DNA of 64,000 bases from Candidatus Omnitrophota bacterium (lineage in GTDB: Bacteria > Omnitrophota > Gorgyraeia > Zapsychrales > Fredricksoniimonadaceae), in contig JABDCU010000001.1 of NCBI GenBank assembly GCA_013287965.1, positions 5,910 through 69,909 of the forward strand, read 5' to 3'. The notes beneath the pieces are model-generated. The model searched no databases. It had not been told where the DNA came from and saw nothing but the letters and a program-made list of their open reading frames with translations. Positions within the stretch are counted from its first letter, which is position 1, and every line of letters begins with the position of its first letter. Shown one piece after another: positions 62,717-64,000 of this stretch. The position numbers were made by a program, and so were the translations under genes.

Positions 62717-64000
62717 TTATTTTCCCACCTTCACATCTAAATCAGCCGCGTTCTTGATCGATTCAGCTTCTTCCAAGACCCTGCGGTAATCACGCGGGTA
62801 AACTTTGACAAATTGTCCCAAAGACTTCTGCCAATTCTTTAAAATGCCCTCGGCAACAGTTGAGTTGGTGTACTTAAAATGTTTCTCGATCAGGTCCTTG
62901 AGCACCCAAATATCTTTTTCCTCTTTGATGGGGAACAGGTCCACCATGCCGGGATTACAATTTTTTTGCAAAAGCCCTTCAGTGTCCCAGACATAGGCAA
63001 TACCGCCGGACATCCCTGCCGCGAAATTGCGTCCCGTGGGACCGATGACAACAACCCTGCCGCCGGTCATATACTCACAGCCGTTGTCCCCGACACCTTC
63101 CACAACAGTCCACGCGCCGGAATTACGCACCGCGAAACGCTCACCGGCAAGCCCCCGGAAAAATGCCTCGCCCTTGATGGCCCCGTACAAAACCACATTA
63201 CCCGCGATCATGTTTTCCTCAGGAACATATTTCGCGGCACGCGGAGGGAAAACAACAATACGTCCGCCTGAAAGCCCCTTGCCCACATAATCATTGGCCT
63301 CTCCTTCAAGTGTCAAGCTGATGCCCTGGGCCAGAAAAGCGCCAAAGCTCTGGCCTGCCGAGCCGTTAAATTTAATTTGGATAGTATCATCAGGCAATCC
63401 CATAAATCCGTATTTACGCGCGACCTGGCTCGAAAGCATGGTGCCCACCGTGCGGTTAATGTTACGGATAGGCGATTCGATCTTGACAGGGACCTGCTGT
63501 TGGATGGCTTGCTGGCTTTGAGCGATCAATGTATTGTCCAAGGCCTTCTCAAGGCCATGGTCCTGGGTACTGGAGTGATGGATAGCCACCCCCTTGGGCA
63601 CGTCGGGACGATGCAAAATATTAGTCAGGTCAACACCCTTGGCCTTCCAATGCTCAATGGTCTCCTTTGTATCCAGCATATCAACGCGGCCGACCATGTC
63701 TTCAAATTTCCTGAAGCCAAGTTCTGCCATGATCTGGCGCACTTCCTCGGCGATAAAGGTAAAAAAGTTGACCACATGTTCCGGCTTACCGTCAAATTTC
63801 TTGCGCAGTTCGGGATCCTGGGTTGCGACCCCCACCGAGCATGTGTTGAGATGGCATTTGCGCAGCAAAATACAACCCACGGTGATCAAGGCCGTCGTGG
63901 AAAACCCGAATTCATCAGCGCCTAACATCGCGGCAATGGCCACGTCCCGTCCGGTCTTTAATTGCCCGTCGGTCTGCACACGGATGCGCCCGCGCAGGTC
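62717..64000 (-). CDS. gltB: Glutamate synthase large subunit, C-terminal (GXGXG / beta-helix) portion. It is partial and continues beyond the window end.
   Basis: GltS C-terminal domain repeats ([38 protein letters not shown]). The reading frame is open to the window edge. Confidence 0.9.
   Translation of the reverse strand, partial: DLRGRIRVQTDGQLKTGRDVAIAAMLGADEFGFSTTALITVGCILLRKCHLNTCSVGVATQDPELRKKFDGKPEHVVNFFTFIAEEVRQIMAELGFRKFEDMVGRVDMLDTKETIEHWKAKGVDLTNILHRPDVPKGVAIHHSSTQDHGLEKALDNTLIAQSQQAIQQQVPVKIESPIRNINRTVGTMLSSQVARKYGFMGLPDDTIQIKFNGSAGQSFGAFLAQGISLTLEGEANDYVGKGLSGGRIVVFPPRAAKYVPEENMIAGNVVLYGAIKGEAFFRGLAGERFAVRNSGAWTVVEGVGDNGCEYMTGGRVVVIGPTGRNFAAGMSGGIAYVWDTEGLLQKNCNPGMVDLFPIKEEKDIWVLKDLIEKHFKYTNSTVAEGILKNWQKSLGQFVKVYPRDYRRVLEEAESIKNAADLDVKVGK

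Overview
This 64-kb window comes from a bacterial chromosome in which almost every gene is on the minus strand. The overall GC content is around 50 percent, and a frequent non-ATG start (TTG) is seen in the ORF track. The right two thirds is ordinary core metabolism and translation-related housekeeping. The identifiable genes are rlmN, accA, an L,D-transpeptidase, comM/yifB, rpe, pyrG, purF, carB, carA, ridA, an HI0933-type flavoprotein, an RsuA-type pseudouridine synthase, an RlmI-like methyltransferase, glpD, glpK, gltD, and the 3' part of gltB. There are also two tRNAs, tRNA-Glu(CTC) and tRNA-Leu(GAG). Interspersed are c-di-GMP signalling genes (a GGDEF-EAL sensor and a FIST / histidine kinase / REC-GGDEF operon), an exopolysaccharide-modification cluster (a membrane-anchored NodB deacetylase, a YfhO-like protein, an MBOAT and a putative partner protein), and several TPR and secreted proteins.

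The left 9.5 kb holds the most unusual locus. It contains a tandemly duplicated small ribbon-helix-helix-like gene. One copy runs in frame, with no stop codon, into the Sec signal peptide of a giant 2679-codon ORF. That ORF encodes a secreted, glycine- and threonine-rich fibre or adhesin built from tens of NVGIGT-type beta-helix-like repeats. Four of its repeat units are near-identical 270-bp DNA segments. The fibre gene is followed by a gene encoding a membrane-anchored S26 (signal peptidase I-like, Ser/Lys dyad) peptidase. This peptidase carries at its C-terminus the same roughly 85-aa, 8-cysteine module that terminates the fibre, at about 90 percent DNA identity. Next comes the start of a second paralogous fibre gene that runs off the window edge. 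I regard this RHH / fibre / tip-module-bearing peptidase / fibre cassette as the best candidate for an undescribed system.

Other notable items are listed here. A 28-bp palindromic REP-like element occurs in at least 7 copies, mostly inserted in frame inside conserved genes (translating as IPAKAGI, WIPAFAGMT or SFPRKRES). A second hairpin element (aaccgggacacattgac...) occurs in 3 copies. A type IV pilin-like protein has a very cysteine-rich ectodomain. An exported 1597-aa protein carries two GHKL ATPase-like domains. A 14-bp direct repeat of the tRNA-Glu 3' end lies nearby. All hand-counted coordinates are plus or minus 2 nt.
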